DNA of 64,000 bases from Acidobacteriota bacterium (GCA_965217775.1 CBDCJH010000002.1:448001-512000); one strand, 5' to 3'; numbered from the stretch's first letter, positions 11,378 through 21,864 are shown. A program made the numbers and translations. The notes: generated from the letters alone by a model not told the origin.

Positions 11378-11488
11378 GGCGTGTTCCGGACATCGAAAGT
11401 CGCACACATTGATGGGTCCCGCCTCCCAGGATTCGGTGACTGAAAGCCGCCGCTCCCACGGCTGCGCTCAACATTCGATATTTGGTCT

Positions 11489-14107
11489 TCAGCGAGGAGT
11501 CGGTGGGTAGTTGACGAAAAACGGCGACGACCAGGCAATCATGCCGTCTTCCTGCAGAAGCCGAACGTAATAGAAATGGGGCTTCAAATCGAAGTCGGTG
11601 TCCGGGAACTCCCATTCTCCGGTGGCTTTCCCGGGCTGCACCGAATGGATGACCTGACCGTCCTTGAGCAGATCGACCCGTTCGATCGGGGCGGTTCCCT
11701 GGGCCTTGACGACTACCGGCAGCGCCGCGTCGGTACTGAACTCGTCTCCCATGAAATGTGCGCCCATTCGAACTTCCAGAATGATGTTGTCGGTGGCCCC
11801 ATAGGTGTGGCGTTTGCGGATCGCTTCGAGCAGGCCTTTCCTGCTGGCATCCGGGCTGTAGACCATGGCGTAGGAAATATGGGTGGAGACATGATCCGAG
11901 CTGGCGATCACGCCGAGTTTGTGGCCTCTCTTCCAAGCTTCTGAAACCATGCCGTCGGGCCGGATCCGGAATAGGTTCTGGATCCAGTCGGAGATCCGGC
12001 CCGTGTCTGGTCGGACCCGGGATGCATCCGCCTCGATCTGAGCCTGGGTCGAACTGTACGGTGCGCCCACATGCTCGAAGCTACGCCGGGCGCCTTGGAA
12101 AATCTCGACCACCGGTTCCACCTCCGGCTCCGGCCGATGGTGCCAGTTGGTCCCCATTCCGGAGCCGGAGGTGTGGGCGATGGTGATCCCGCCCCGGGCG
12201 CGGACTTCCTGAAATAGAAGCTCAGTGTCGTTGGCGGCCAAGTACCCGGCTTCGTCGGCCGGCTCATCTCCCTCGGGCGTGAGTGGAAACGCATAGAGAG
12301 AGACACCGTCCTTCAGGAAGAAAGGGATCACTTTCGCTTTCGCCCGGTCGGTATAGAAGATATTGCGATGACCAAAGGGATAGCTGGCGCTCCGTTCGTG
12401 GGCAAATAGACTGATGTAGACGCCCGGAAGGTGATACATGTCGCTCATCTTCTGCGAGTACCACCACCAATAGGGCCAGGCGCCTCCCTGGTGTTCGGTG
12501 TTGGCGCCGAAGTCCAGTGAAGCCGCGTCCAACATGTAGCGGTAGTAGTCGTCCAGAGAACCGTCGTTGGCGCCGCCTTCATCCCAGCTCAATTCCGTGT
12601 GCCGATGAAGATCCCCCCGCAGCAGCCGATGGTCCTTGCCGTCGATGCGAGTCCGATAACCCGCGATGCGCTCCAGATGTCCGAGCTCGGCTTCCCGGCG
12701 CGGATCGGGTTCGGTTCCCTCGATCCTTCGCTCCTGCAGAGCCGGTGGTGTCCCTGCCGTGGACGGTGCCACACCGACATAGACCTGCTGGCGAAGGGGA
12801 CGGTGATAGTAGCTTTCCCTTCGATTGTCGGTGGGCCAGATCATCCAGAGGTCATTTCCCCTCGACAGCGCGGCGCCCATTCGCGTCGAGGACCTCCCCT
12901 TGCTATTGGGCAGGAGCCTGGGCGCCGTCCACTGTTCTCCCTGCAGATGAGTCACCCAATAACTCCAGTAGCCGTCCTGACGCCCTCTCCAATACTCCGG
13001 ATAGGACCGCTTGCGAAAGAGGACGGAGTCCTTGGTCGGCCCACCCGTTCGACGCTCCATTGCGACCACCCGGATCGACCCCGAGCCATCGGAGAACACG
13101 TGGGGTTGGTATGTGTTGTAGGGACGAAAGACCGCTCCCAGGGGAGACACGGGCTCCAGCCATCTACCCTGATCCAGGCAGGCGATCCGCGGCTCCCGAA
13201 ACCCACCCAGGGGCGCGCCCGTTCCACGATTGCCGATGGCCCTGCCGTTGTCCTTTCCCCAATGGCGAGGCCCGAACTCCCAGGCCACCCAGACCCGGTC
13301 GTCGGAATCTACGGAAGTGGTGGCCCTGGCCTCGAAGGCAGGGGTCACGGCCACCGGTATGCGGGACTTGACGACCTTCCGTCCAGCGATTTGTGCCAGA
13401 AAGACGTCGAAACTGCCGTTCCGGTAAGTGTCATAGGCGACCCAAACCACACCTTGACTGTCGATCGCCGGGCTGGGCGCCCAGTCATTTTGAGTGCCCT
13501 CCGTGACCTGGATCGTCTCCGTCCATCGATCACCATCGAGCTGACGCAAAAAGATATGGCTCTTGGCTGCGGGGTGTGCGTCCGGCTTCCGGCGAAAACC
13601 CTGCCAGGCGACGGCCAGCCGGCCCCGGCCGTCCGACGACATTCTCGGGTTGACGTCGGGACGAGGATCCGAGCTCAGTCTGATTAAGGGTCCCCAGATC
13701 GACTCGGAGGGATCGAAGCGGCGGGCCAAGATATCCCAGTTGGAGTCGAGTTGCTGTGACCAGACGACCCAGACTCGATTGGCGCCGTCCACACCGATCT
13801 GGGGGAGCCAGTTGTCGCCGCTGGTGCCCGGAACCCAATGCAGGTTCTGCCAGATTCCGTCCTTGAAGTGGCGGATGGCGACGTCGTCTCTCTGTCCGTC
13901 GAAACTGAGCCAAGCCACCCAGAGGGAGCCGTCCGGCGCTGCCGCGATCGAAGGCATGTCGTCTTGGCGGGACTCATGGCCTACCGGGATCGTCGTGCCG
14001 GCACCGGGTCCGGCGGAGGGTCCAAGGAGGGAGCCGCTTCCCGGAGTTACCAGAAGGAGGAGGGGCAGTCCCAGAAGAAGTATGGTTCGGCGGAGATGTT
14101 TGAACAC
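11489..14107 (-). CDS. Secreted protein: N-terminal beta-propeller-like repeats plus C-terminal PHP/DUF3604-like domain
   Basis: 872 aa with signal peptide; repeated P.I..D..G.VWVAW; RGDLHRHTE, ASSDH, YYVRLLQEDGMIAWSSP. Confidence 0.7.
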   Translation of the reverse strand: MFKHLRRTILLLGLPLLLLVTPGSGSLLGPSAGPGAGTTIPVGHESRQDDMPSIAAAPDGSLWVAWLSFDGQRDDVAIRHFKDGIWQNLHWVPGTSGDNWLPQIGVDGANRVWVVWSQQLDSNWDILARRFDPSESIWGPLIRLSSDPRPDVNPRMSSDGRGRLAVAWQGFRRKPDAHPAAKSHIFLRQLDGDRWTETIQVTEGTQNDWAPSPAIDSQGVVWVAYDTYRNGSFDVFLAQIAGRKVVKSRIPVAVTPAFEARATTSVDSDDRVWVAWEFGPRHWGKDNGRAIGNRGTGAPLGGFREPRIACLDQGRWLEPVSPLGAVFRPYNTYQPHVFSDGSGSIRVVAMERRTGGPTKDSVLFRKRSYPEYWRGRQDGYWSYWVTHLQGEQWTAPRLLPNSKGRSSTRMGAALSRGNDLWMIWPTDNRRESYYHRPLRQQVYVGVAPSTAGTPPALQERRIEGTEPDPRREAELGHLERIAGYRTRIDGKDHRLLRGDLHRHTELSWDEGGANDGSLDDYYRYMLDAASLDFGANTEHQGGAWPYWWWYSQKMSDMYHLPGVYISLFAHERSASYPFGHRNIFYTDRAKAKVIPFFLKDGVSLYAFPLTPEGDEPADEAGYLAANDTELLFQEVRARGGITIAHTSGSGMGTNWHHRPEPEVEPVVEIFQGARRSFEHVGAPYSSTQAQIEADASRVRPDTGRISDWIQNLFRIRPDGMVSEAWKRGHKLGVIASSDHVSTHISYAMVYSPDASRKGLLEAIRKRHTYGATDNIILEVRMGAHFMGDEFSTDAALPVVVKAQGTAPIERVDLLKDGQVIHSVQPGKATGEWEFPDTDFDLKPHFYYVRLLQEDGMIAWSSPFFVNYPPTPR

Positions 14108-14397
14108 GATTCCGTTCCAGCCCTTGGACGTGGGGGAAGGGTAACAAACCAGGTTTTAGGCTCCAAGCAGGCACGCCCAACAAGCGCGGAGGCAAAACGA
14201 GTGGTATCAAATCCTCGCATGAGATTCGCGAGGCAGTGTCATTCAGGGGTGTTTCACCGGTTTGGAATTCGTCGCGCGCCCACCCCGGGATCGCTGTACT
14301 GCGATCTCGATCTGCCGGCTTGCACGACGAGGAAATCGGCGGGTAGACTGCGGCACCGGCTCGACTGGAATTCCCTTTGCCAGATGGGCGCCTGTCA

Positions 14398-15888
14398 ATG
14401 AATCAAGAAGACTCCGCAAGCCCGGAGCGACCCAGTAATCTCCTGTTCATTCTCTCGGACCAACACAATCGGAATACCCTGGGTTGTTACGGTCACTCGC
14501 TGGTCGAGACGCCCCATCTCGACGCTCTCGCCGCAAGGGGGGTTCGGTTCAACTCCGCCTATTGCAATAGTCCGCTCTGTGTCCCCTCGCGCGCCAGCTT
14601 GGCGACCGGCCGTTACGTGCACCAGACTGGCTATTGGGACAACGCAAGTCCCTACGATGGACGAATTCCCGCCTGGGGGCATCGCTTGATGGAGGCTGGC
14701 CATCGAGTGGACGCCATCGGAAAGCTGCACTATCGCAGCGTGGAGGACCCGGTCGGTTTCAGTCGAACCCTGTTGCCGATGAACGTGGTGGATGGAATCG
14801 GCGACGTGATGGGATCGGTTCGCGACGCCACCCCCGTCTACAAAATGGAACGAGCGGATGTCGAGAACGCCGGCCCAGGCGTTTCCGCTTCCTTGGACTA
14901 CGATGCCGACGTCGCCGGTCTCGCTTGTGATTGGCTCAAGCGGCGGGCGCGAAGTTCCGGCCGGCATCCCTGGGTGCTGTTCGTCTCCTTCGTTTCCCCC
15001 CATCCCCCGTTTGTAGCCCCGTCCGAGTTGTACGAGAGGTACCCCCTGGATGCGATTTCGCTACCGGTTCGATATCGTCCCGGCGAGCCACCGCCGCATC
15101 CGTCGCTGGCGGTCTTGCGGCGAACTCTGCACTTGGAGGAACCCTTCACGGACGAACAGATCCGCAGGGCTATGGCAACCTATTATGCGATGTGCACCTA
15201 TGTGGATCGCCAAGCGGGGCGAGTTCTCAGCACGTTGGAGAGGTTGGGCCTGGCGGACAATACGCGGGTCATCTACACGAGTGACCACGGCGAGAGCATG
15301 GGCCGTCGAGGTCTCTGGGGCAAGTTCACTCTCTACGAGGAGTCGGTGGCGGTGCCCATGATCCTGGCGGGACCGGGGGTGCCCAGAGGCGAAGTCTCGC
15401 CGGAAATCGTTTCTTTGGTGGACTGTTACCCCACCATAGTAGAAGCCCTCGGTCACGAGCTGACCGATGCGGAGCGGGAATTGCCCGGCCGGTCCTTGTG
15501 GCCGATGGTCCGGGGCGGTTCGGGTCCGGGTCTGGCGTTCAGCGAGTATCACGCGGTGGGATCGGCGAGTGCGAGCTACATGCTGCGGGAAAGGCGTTAC
15601 AAGTACATTCACCATGTTGGCGAGCCACCCCAGCTCTTCGATCTGAAGTCCGACCCCCGGGAACTGAATGATTTGTCCGCGGATCCCGGCTCTCGGGAAG
15701 TGGTCACGGAGTGTGAGCGGAGGCTACGCGCGCTGGTCGACCCGGAAGGCGTCGACGCCGCAGCCAAGGTCGATCAACGAGTCCTGATCGAACGCCATGG
15801 AGGCCGGGAAAAAGTATTACAAAGAGGAACGTTTGGTAATACCCCCGTACCCGGACAGGATCCTGATTTCCATCGCAGTGCGGGATGA
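14398..15888 (+). CDS. Sulfatase, choline-sulfatase-like
   Basis: SDQH, CVPSRASLATG formylglycine motif, GKLH, YTSDHG. Confidence 0.9.
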   Translation: MNQEDSASPERPSNLLFILSDQHNRNTLGCYGHSLVETPHLDALAARGVRFNSAYCNSPLCVPSRASLATGRYVHQTGYWDNASPYDGRIPAWGHRLMEAGHRVDAIGKLHYRSVEDPVGFSRTLLPMNVVDGIGDVMGSVRDATPVYKMERADVENAGPGVSASLDYDADVAGLACDWLKRRARSSGRHPWVLFVSFVSPHPPFVAPSELYERYPLDAISLPVRYRPGEPPPHPSLAVLRRTLHLEEPFTDEQIRRAMATYYAMCTYVDRQAGRVLSTLERLGLADNTRVIYTSDHGESMGRRGLWGKFTLYEESVAVPMILAGPGVPRGEVSPEIVSLVDCYPTIVEALGHELTDAERELPGRSLWPMVRGGSGPGLAFSEYHAVGSASASYMLRERRYKYIHHVGEPPQLFDLKSDPRELNDLSADPGSREVVTECERRLRALVDPEGVDAAAKVDQRVLIERHGGREKVLQRGTFGNTPVPGQDPDFHRSAG

Positions 15889-15946
15889 GTCGGTTGCGGG
15901 ATTCTTGGAAGAACGAAAAGGTAAAACACTGGAATTCACATAATTC

Positions 15947-16282
15947 ATGAAAGACCTCGAAAAGGAATCCTTTGCCGCGGTACAAGCGAAACACTACCGC
16001 CGGTGTCTGAAGGAGGCGAAGTTGGCGGCGGCCATCTTCCTGCTCGCTTTTCTCTGCTGTACCTCCGTCATTGCGTTCTTGGGATATCCCGCCCCCGGCG
16101 AGCGCCCTCCGGAACCCGCCTTGATCTGGGGAATTCCGCAGTGGGTTTTCTGGGGTCTGTTTCTTCCCTGGTTGGTGCTGATGGGAGTCACCTGGTGGTT
16201 TGCACTCTTTTTTCTCAGGGACGATGAACCTCTGCTGCCGTTTCCCGGCCAGCCGGCGGACGCTTCCGAAATCGACCGATGA
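15947..16282 (+). CDS. YhdT/DUF997-like small membrane protein
   Basis: Two TM helices, WGIPQWVFWG; overlaps the start of the symporter as in yhdT-panF. Confidence 0.7.
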   Translation: MKDLEKESFAAVQAKHYRRCLKEAKLAAAIFLLAFLCCTSVIAFLGYPAPGERPPEPALIWGIPQWVFWGLFLPWLVLMGVTWWFALFFLRDDEPLLPFPGQPADASEIDR

Positions 16283-17919
16283 ACTCCGCTTCCGAATCGG
16301 TGCTTGAACAGGTCGGCCAAGCCGCCCACGGGTACGACTTCAAGCAGACGGACCCCCATATTCTGGTGCCGTTCATCGGATACCTGGTGGGGGTATTCGT
16401 GATTGCCGTTCTCGCCCACCGCCACCGCAGGTCGACGAGCTTCGAATCCGAGTATTACGTCGCCGGCCGGGGCTTGGGTGCCTGGGTCCTGGCCCTGTCC
16501 TGGGTGGCCACCATGTTCAGTGGGGGAGCATTTCTGGGCTATCCCTCCCTGATCTATTCCTATGGCTGGACGGTGGCGTTCTGGGTGAGCGGATCGATCG
16601 TCACTGCCCTGGTGGGACTTGGAATCGCCGGCAAGAGGATCAATCGTCTGGCCCGTCAGACGGGCGCGCTGACGTTGGTCGACCTGCTGCGCGACCGCTT
16701 CCGGAGCAATGCCATCGGCATCCTTTGCATTCTGGCGATCATACCGCCCACCCTGGTCTACCTCATTGCCCAGTTCGCTGCCGGAACCCGGGTCATCCAG
16801 GCCATGCTGGGCACGACTTACCCAACCGGTCTGGTCCTCTTCACGCTCTCCGTTGTGGCCTATACCACCTATGGCGGTTTCCGGGCCGTTGCCTGGACCG
16901 ATACCTTGCAGGGAATCGTCATGATCGCAGGGATTCTGGTATTGGTTCCGCTGGCGGTCTCGGCCGCGGGGGGGCTCGAAGCGGCTACCCGCCAACTGGC
17001 CGCGCGTGACGATCCCATCGCCCTGGGCCGAGGGGTGGAAACAGCCCCTCACGCCTATCTCTACGGCCCCGGGCCTGAAAAAGTCGTCGCCAATGAATCC
17101 GGCGCCCCGCCGGGAGAGTCTCCGCAATCCGATCCCTGGCTGCCCTTCAGCATGGGGATCTCCCTCTTTCTGTTACGGCCCCTCAGCTCGGTCCTGGCAC
17201 CGACCACCGTACCCCGGATGCTCGCCTTCAGGGATACGGCAGCCCTGCGAAAAGCCCTGATTCTGATCGCGCCCTATTTCCTGCTCATGTACGGGAGCAG
17301 TCTGATCACGATGAACTGTGCCTACAGTCTGGACCTCGGGCTGTCCCCCCTGGAATCCGACCAGGTGGTTCCGGAGTTGGCGAAACGGGTGGCGCCGCCT
17401 CTGCTGGCCGGCCTGCTGATCGCCGCCCCCTTTGCCGCCGTCATGTCCACGGTCGACTCGGCTCTGTTGGTCATCAGCGCATCGGTCGTGAGAGACATCG
17501 TCCAGAAAACCTGGTATCCACGGCTGAACGAAAAAAGTGTCAAGGCCTTGATTTATGCCGTCACCGGAGGCACCGGGGTCCTGGTTTTCGGTCTCACCCT
17601 ACTGATAGAACCGGTCTTTCTCCAGCCTCTGGTCATCCACTACGGCGGCGCCGTGACTTCCGCCCTGTTCTGGCCCGGCATCGCCACTCTCTTCTGGAAG
17701 CGCGCCACTCGGGAAGGGGTGATCGGCGGGCTCGCCGGTGGCCCGCTGGTGTATCTGGCCTGTGTGGTCAGCCCGCCGTTGGGGGAGGTGCTCCCCCTGC
17801 ATCCATTCGTCTATGGGTTCTTCGGCTCGGCTCTAATGGTCTATCTGGGCAGTGTCCTGACGATGCCCCAGGACAGGGATCAGTTGGCGCGCTATTTTGG
17901 CATCGATCCAACGAGATGA
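16279..17919 (+). CDS. Sodium:solute symporter (PanF-like)
   Basis: YYVAGRGLG, GGFRAVAWTD, AAVMSTVDS; ~13 TM segments. Confidence 0.9.
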   Translation: MNSASESVLEQVGQAAHGYDFKQTDPHILVPFIGYLVGVFVIAVLAHRHRRSTSFESEYYVAGRGLGAWVLALSWVATMFSGGAFLGYPSLIYSYGWTVAFWVSGSIVTALVGLGIAGKRINRLARQTGALTLVDLLRDRFRSNAIGILCILAIIPPTLVYLIAQFAAGTRVIQAMLGTTYPTGLVLFTLSVVAYTTYGGFRAVAWTDTLQGIVMIAGILVLVPLAVSAAGGLEAATRQLAARDDPIALGRGVETAPHAYLYGPGPEKVVANESGAPPGESPQSDPWLPFSMGISLFLLRPLSSVLAPTTVPRMLAFRDTAALRKALILIAPYFLLMYGSSLITMNCAYSLDLGLSPLESDQVVPELAKRVAPPLLAGLLIAAPFAAVMSTVDSALLVISASVVRDIVQKTWYPRLNEKSVKALIYAVTGGTGVLVFGLTLLIEPVFLQPLVIHYGGAVTSALFWPGIATLFWKRATREGVIGGLAGGPLVYLACVVSPPLGEVLPLHPFVYGFFGSALMVYLGSVLTMPQDRDQLARYFGIDPTR

Positions 17920-17972
17920 GTCAGTTACAGGCCCCAACGAGTCGTTGGTGAACTTCCAATACAACTTGGCAC

Positions 17973-19589
17973 TCAGCGTTTGGCGGCGGCCACGGTCAAC
18001 GCGGTTTCCTGTTTTAACGTCTTGTTCCCAATTCGATCGTTGACACTCAGCCGGAAGGTGTAGTGCCCCGTCGGCAGGTCCGGCTGTGGCCAGAAACGTG
18101 CCACTGAGACGCGGTCACCGTAAAAAACCGTGCCGATGGCAGTGAGGTTCTCCTCTTGAACCACCTCGCCTTTGGGGCCAATCACCTGAGCCAGGACGTC
18201 GATCGACGGGCGCCGCGTCGATTGGTCGATGCCGAGGTTGTAGATCTCCGCGTAGAGGCCCAATGGGGATTTCGGGGGGAAGACATTTCCCATATTGGGA
18301 TAGATCTTCAATCCACCCGCAGTCACAAAGGGAGCCGGAAACTCCTCAGTCATCGCCGGCCCGATATGGTCGGCCAGAAGAATGGAGCTAACGTTGACTT
18401 CTTCTTCCTTGGCTCTGGGAACCAGTACCATGGCTTCCGAGCTACCGATCTTCCCGCTTTTCTCCTCCTTGAGAATGAGCGTGAGCTTGTACCTGCCGAT
18501 CTTGAGCGGAATGGTGTACTGGTACAGAAAATCCTTGAGCTCGTTCACCTCGTCCGGGGTGACGTCAACCGAGAGGACGTCTTCGAACTCATAGACCACG
18601 CGGTTCAAGGTCCGGGCTCTCATGAAGAGGTTGACCTCCGCCCGCTTGGCCTCCGTTCCGGAAATCGGGAAGAAGGTGAGTTCCCTGGGGTCGAGGTGAA
18701 GGGTCACGTTGACGATGGCTCTTTCGGCAGTGGCCCGAAACCAGTCGCCTCGGAAGGTGAAAGGGAGGCTGTCGTAACGTATCCGGGTATCAACCAGGGT
18801 GCGAAGGTCTTCGAACTTGTTGGCGATGGGACGCTCGAGCCGGTAGAGCCGGTCCAGCTTGGTGAAGGGGCTGGCGCCGGGATCCGTGAGGTCATCTCCC
18901 AGGCCCATCGGCCGCATCGCGTCGGAGCGACGAAGCCGAAGGGCCCGGGTCTCCAGGCCCAAGCTTTCGAACAGCGTGTTACCGGCGTTCGTAGTGTAGA
19001 AAAGAGCGTCTTTTTCATCCGGTCTCATGGCCATTTCATAACGGCCCGTATTGGTTGAATCGACGAATTCTATTTCGATGCCATTGCCCACTCCCTCAAG
19101 GTACTGGTAGTACCAGACCTCGAACGGATAGGTCATGGTGGTCCCGCCGCCTTCGCTGATGAGACGATCATAAACGGTCCCCGTCGGATTCCTTTCTATG
19201 CTGGTCGGGGGTCCGAACTTGATATAGATCTTGCCGCGATCCGTGTACCAGCCTTCGACACCGGAATGGAAATGGTCGTTGGCATAGGCGACTCGCCGAT
19301 AGTGTTCTTCCTTGTATTCGTTGTGGGCGGTTCGAGAGTCGGGGTCCCGGCGGCGCCAGAACTGTTCTATGAATTGTTCCTTTTCCTCGGGTGTCGTAAG
19401 ACTCGAGAAGACGCTCTTTTCCTCAGGCGTAATGATGTAGATGACGTCTCTCTCCAGCCAACGTTCGTAGTAGTCCTCCCGTTCCTCCTGACGGAGGCTG
19501 TCCTGTTGAGCGTGGAGTACGAGAGCGCTGACTGGAGCCAGACCGATAAGTAACGGCACCGCTGTGAAGAACACTCGCCAGTCGGTCAT
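17973..19589 (-). CDS. GWxTD domain-containing protein (paralog 2)
   Basis: Signal peptide; WLERDVIYII, FWRRRDPD, GWYTDRGKIYIKFGPP. Confidence 0.9.
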   Translation of the reverse strand: MTDWRVFFTAVPLLIGLAPVSALVLHAQQDSLRQEEREDYYERWLERDVIYIITPEEKSVFSSLTTPEEKEQFIEQFWRRRDPDSRTAHNEYKEEHYRRVAYANDHFHSGVEGWYTDRGKIYIKFGPPTSIERNPTGTVYDRLISEGGGTTMTYPFEVWYYQYLEGVGNGIEIEFVDSTNTGRYEMAMRPDEKDALFYTTNAGNTLFESLGLETRALRLRRSDAMRPMGLGDDLTDPGASPFTKLDRLYRLERPIANKFEDLRTLVDTRIRYDSLPFTFRGDWFRATAERAIVNVTLHLDPRELTFFPISGTEAKRAEVNLFMRARTLNRVVYEFEDVLSVDVTPDEVNELKDFLYQYTIPLKIGRYKLTLILKEEKSGKIGSSEAMVLVPRAKEEEVNVSSILLADHIGPAMTEEFPAPFVTAGGLKIYPNMGNVFPPKSPLGLYAEIYNLGIDQSTRRPSIDVLAQVIGPKGEVVQEENLTAIGTVFYGDRVSVARFWPQPDLPTGHYTFRLSVNDRIGNKTLKQETALTVAAAKR

Positions 19590-19682
19590 CGTTCACTCTT
19601 TTGGGGAGCGTCTTGCTTCATGCGGACCTGCGGCACAATTGTCCATGGACGCCCTTTCGCCTGTCAAGAATGTGTCCGGCAT

Positions 19683-19811
19683 GACTTTCCCCATTGTTCC
19701 GGGGGTTCGGGAGATCCGGGGAGGTAGGGGCACTCCCCCTTGTGGGTGCCCGCTGTCGCACCTGACTGCTCGGCCCCGGGGAGGGCGACCACACACAAGG
19801 GTCGTCCCTAC
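19683..19811. repeat. REP/REPIN family D copy 2 (inverted, degenerate)
   Basis: GTAG at 19724 ... CCCTAC at 19811; flank 19683-19722 is the reverse complement of the 1561-1602 flank. Confidence 0.8.
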
Positions 19812-19971
19812 CAGCCCGTGGCAAAAGTCGTCGCGGCATTCGACCGTCCCTGCATCCCGGCGGACTGCGTTGCGATTCGGCTCACATACTCCCGGTATGC
19901 TCCCTCCGAAGCGCCTTGTCCGGCGGGCGCAGGAACGGTCTCGGTGCTCGCGAGACTTTCACCACGGACTG
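19812..19971 (+). mobile_element. MITE family A copy
   Basis: TIRs CAGCCCGTGG / CCACGGACTG; CTAC duplicated on both sides. Confidence 0.9.
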
Positions 19972-20007
19972 CTACGAGGGCTCCTCCCAGAGACTATAAT
20001 CCCCGTT

Positions 20008-21144
20008 ATGCCGTCCCTCGCTCCCTTCGCCATGAGAGTCGAAGACAGCGAGGGTCGGCGCTACCCGGAGCCGCCGCACCCCTATCGCAACCCTTTCCAG
20101 CGGGATCGGGACCGCATCATTCACGCCAAGGCGTTTCGCCGTCTGGAGAAGAAGACGCAGGTCTTCAACCCCAACTATTCGGATCACTTCCGAAACCGAC
20201 TGACCCATACCCTCGAGGTCAGTCAGATCGCGCGCACCATCGGCTCCGCTCTCTGCCTGAACACCGATCTGTGCGAAGTTCTGGCCCTGAGTCACGACAT
20301 CGGTCATCCTCCGTTCAGCCACGCCGGTGAGGCAGTCCTGGACCGCATCATGAGGTCGTACCGATCGGGATTCGAACACAACCTCCATGCCTTGCGGATC
20401 ATCGAGGATTTCGAAGAGCGCTACGCCCGCTTCCGGGGGCTGAACCTGATGTTCGAGGTTCGCGAGGGGATCGTGAAACACAGCCGTGACTATGCTCCCG
20501 AGGACCGTCCGTACGTGGACATCGATGGTTATCGAAAAGGGGAGCGCCCGCCGCTGGAAGCCCAATTGATCGATCTGGCCGACGAAGTGGCCTACAATAC
20601 GGCGGACCTGGACGACGGCTACGGTTCCGGGCTGATTACTCTGGACCAGATCCTGGAGGGCTCGGATCTTTTTCGGCGTCTCTACCTCCGCATCCAAGGC
20701 GATTATCCCGCAGCTCCCGAGGGAATCCTGGTCAGCGAGACCATTCGTCACCTGATCGACGTGCTGGTGACGGATCTGGTTCGAGCCACCCGTGATCGGA
20801 TCCGGAGCGAATCCCTGGTTTCGGTGCAGGCCGTCCGGAGATTTCCGACCCGTGTCGTGGGGTTCGGCCGCGAGACCGCCGCTCTCAGCCGTCAATTGAA
20901 GGGTTTCCTGCGTAGCAATCTCTACCACCATCCGGACTTGGAGCGTCCCCGGCGGAAAGCCAAGGTGCTGATTGCGAATCTCTTTCAATACTATGAGGAA
21001 GATCCGGCAAGATTGCCTCCGGCGCATTACGGCCGGATCGGGGACCATGGAGTTCACCGGGTCGTCTGCGACTACATCGCGGGCATGACGGATTCCTTCG
21101 CCCGCAAGATCCAGGTCCGGATATCGAATAGCGGAACATACTGA
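20008..21144 (+). CDS. dgt: Deoxyguanosinetriphosphate triphosphohydrolase
   Basis: FQRDRDRIIH.KAFRRL..KTQV, RLTHTLEV, HDIGHPPFSHAGE; TATAAT at 19995-20000 just upstream. Confidence 0.93.
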   Translation: MPSLAPFAMRVEDSEGRRYPEPPHPYRNPFQRDRDRIIHAKAFRRLEKKTQVFNPNYSDHFRNRLTHTLEVSQIARTIGSALCLNTDLCEVLALSHDIGHPPFSHAGEAVLDRIMRSYRSGFEHNLHALRIIEDFEERYARFRGLNLMFEVREGIVKHSRDYAPEDRPYVDIDGYRKGERPPLEAQLIDLADEVAYNTADLDDGYGSGLITLDQILEGSDLFRRLYLRIQGDYPAAPEGILVSETIRHLIDVLVTDLVRATRDRIRSESLVSVQAVRRFPTRVVGFGRETAALSRQLKGFLRSNLYHHPDLERPRRKAKVLIANLFQYYEEDPARLPPAHYGRIGDHGVHRVVCDYIAGMTDSFARKIQVRISNSGTY

Positions 21145-21184
21145 AAAGAAAAGGGTTGAACCCTATATTCGAGGTCGGTTCCCC

Positions 21185-21214
21185 TTGACAAGGAGCCGGT
21201 TTTTGGAGTAGATT
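21185..21214 (+). promoter_or_regulatory. sigma70-type promoter of the yceD-rpmF-fab operon
   Basis: TTGACA-18 nt-TAGATT. Confidence 0.65.
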
Positions 21215-21252
21215 TCGAAACTTCATTCCGTTCTTCGTTCCGGGGACAATGG

Positions 21253-21795
21253 ATGGTCGTGGACATTGGGCAGCTGAGAAGGACGAGAGAGCCCCTCTCT
21301 CTGGAATTGGCGATCACCGATCGGGACTTGGCTCTGGGTTCATCGGTTTGTAACTTGAACCGGCCGGCCCGGGCTCAAGTCAGATTGGCGGTCGTCGGCG
21401 ATGCCGTTCGGGTCGCGGGCGCGGTGAAGGCCGATTTGGAGGTCTCCTGCAGCCGTTGCCTAAGACCCGTTGACTGGTCCTTGAACAAGGAGTTCGACCT
21501 GGAGTATCACCCCGACCCGGAGGTCAACCGGGAAGGGGAGGAAATCGAGCTCGAGTTTGGAGATCTGACGGTTGGTTTCTACCGGAACGAGCAATTGGAC
21601 GTGGGCGCTTCGGTGGGCGAGCAGATCGTCCTGGAAATACCCATGAAGCCCGTATGCAAGGAGAGCTGTGAAGGTCTGTGTGATCAGTGCGGGCAGGATC
21701 TGAACGAAGGGTCCTGTTCCTGTTCCAGGCGCCCGCTGGATCCCAGGCTGGCCATGCTGGCCGACCTGAAGCTCAAGATGAACCGTAAACAGTGA
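21253..21795 (+). CDS. yceD: DUF177/YceD family protein
   Basis: CSRCL, C...C.GLC..CG..LN...C.C, DPRLA; upstream of rpmF. Confidence 0.9.
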   Translation: MVVDIGQLRRTREPLSLELAITDRDLALGSSVCNLNRPARAQVRLAVVGDAVRVAGAVKADLEVSCSRCLRPVDWSLNKEFDLEYHPDPEVNREGEEIELEFGDLTVGFYRNEQLDVGASVGEQIVLEIPMKPVCKESCEGLCDQCGQDLNEGSCSCSRRPLDPRLAMLADLKLKMNRKQ

Positions 21796-21864
21796 ACGGC
21801 CGGTTCGCGGCCTCCGCCGTGTCACTCGCGGATGGAGCGTCCGGGCCCGCCGGAGGACGAGACT

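Noticed and set aside
19564-20007. Long N-terminal extension of dgt in the ORF track
   Set aside because: It is read-through of REP D and MITE A; dgt homology and a -10 box point to ATG 20008.
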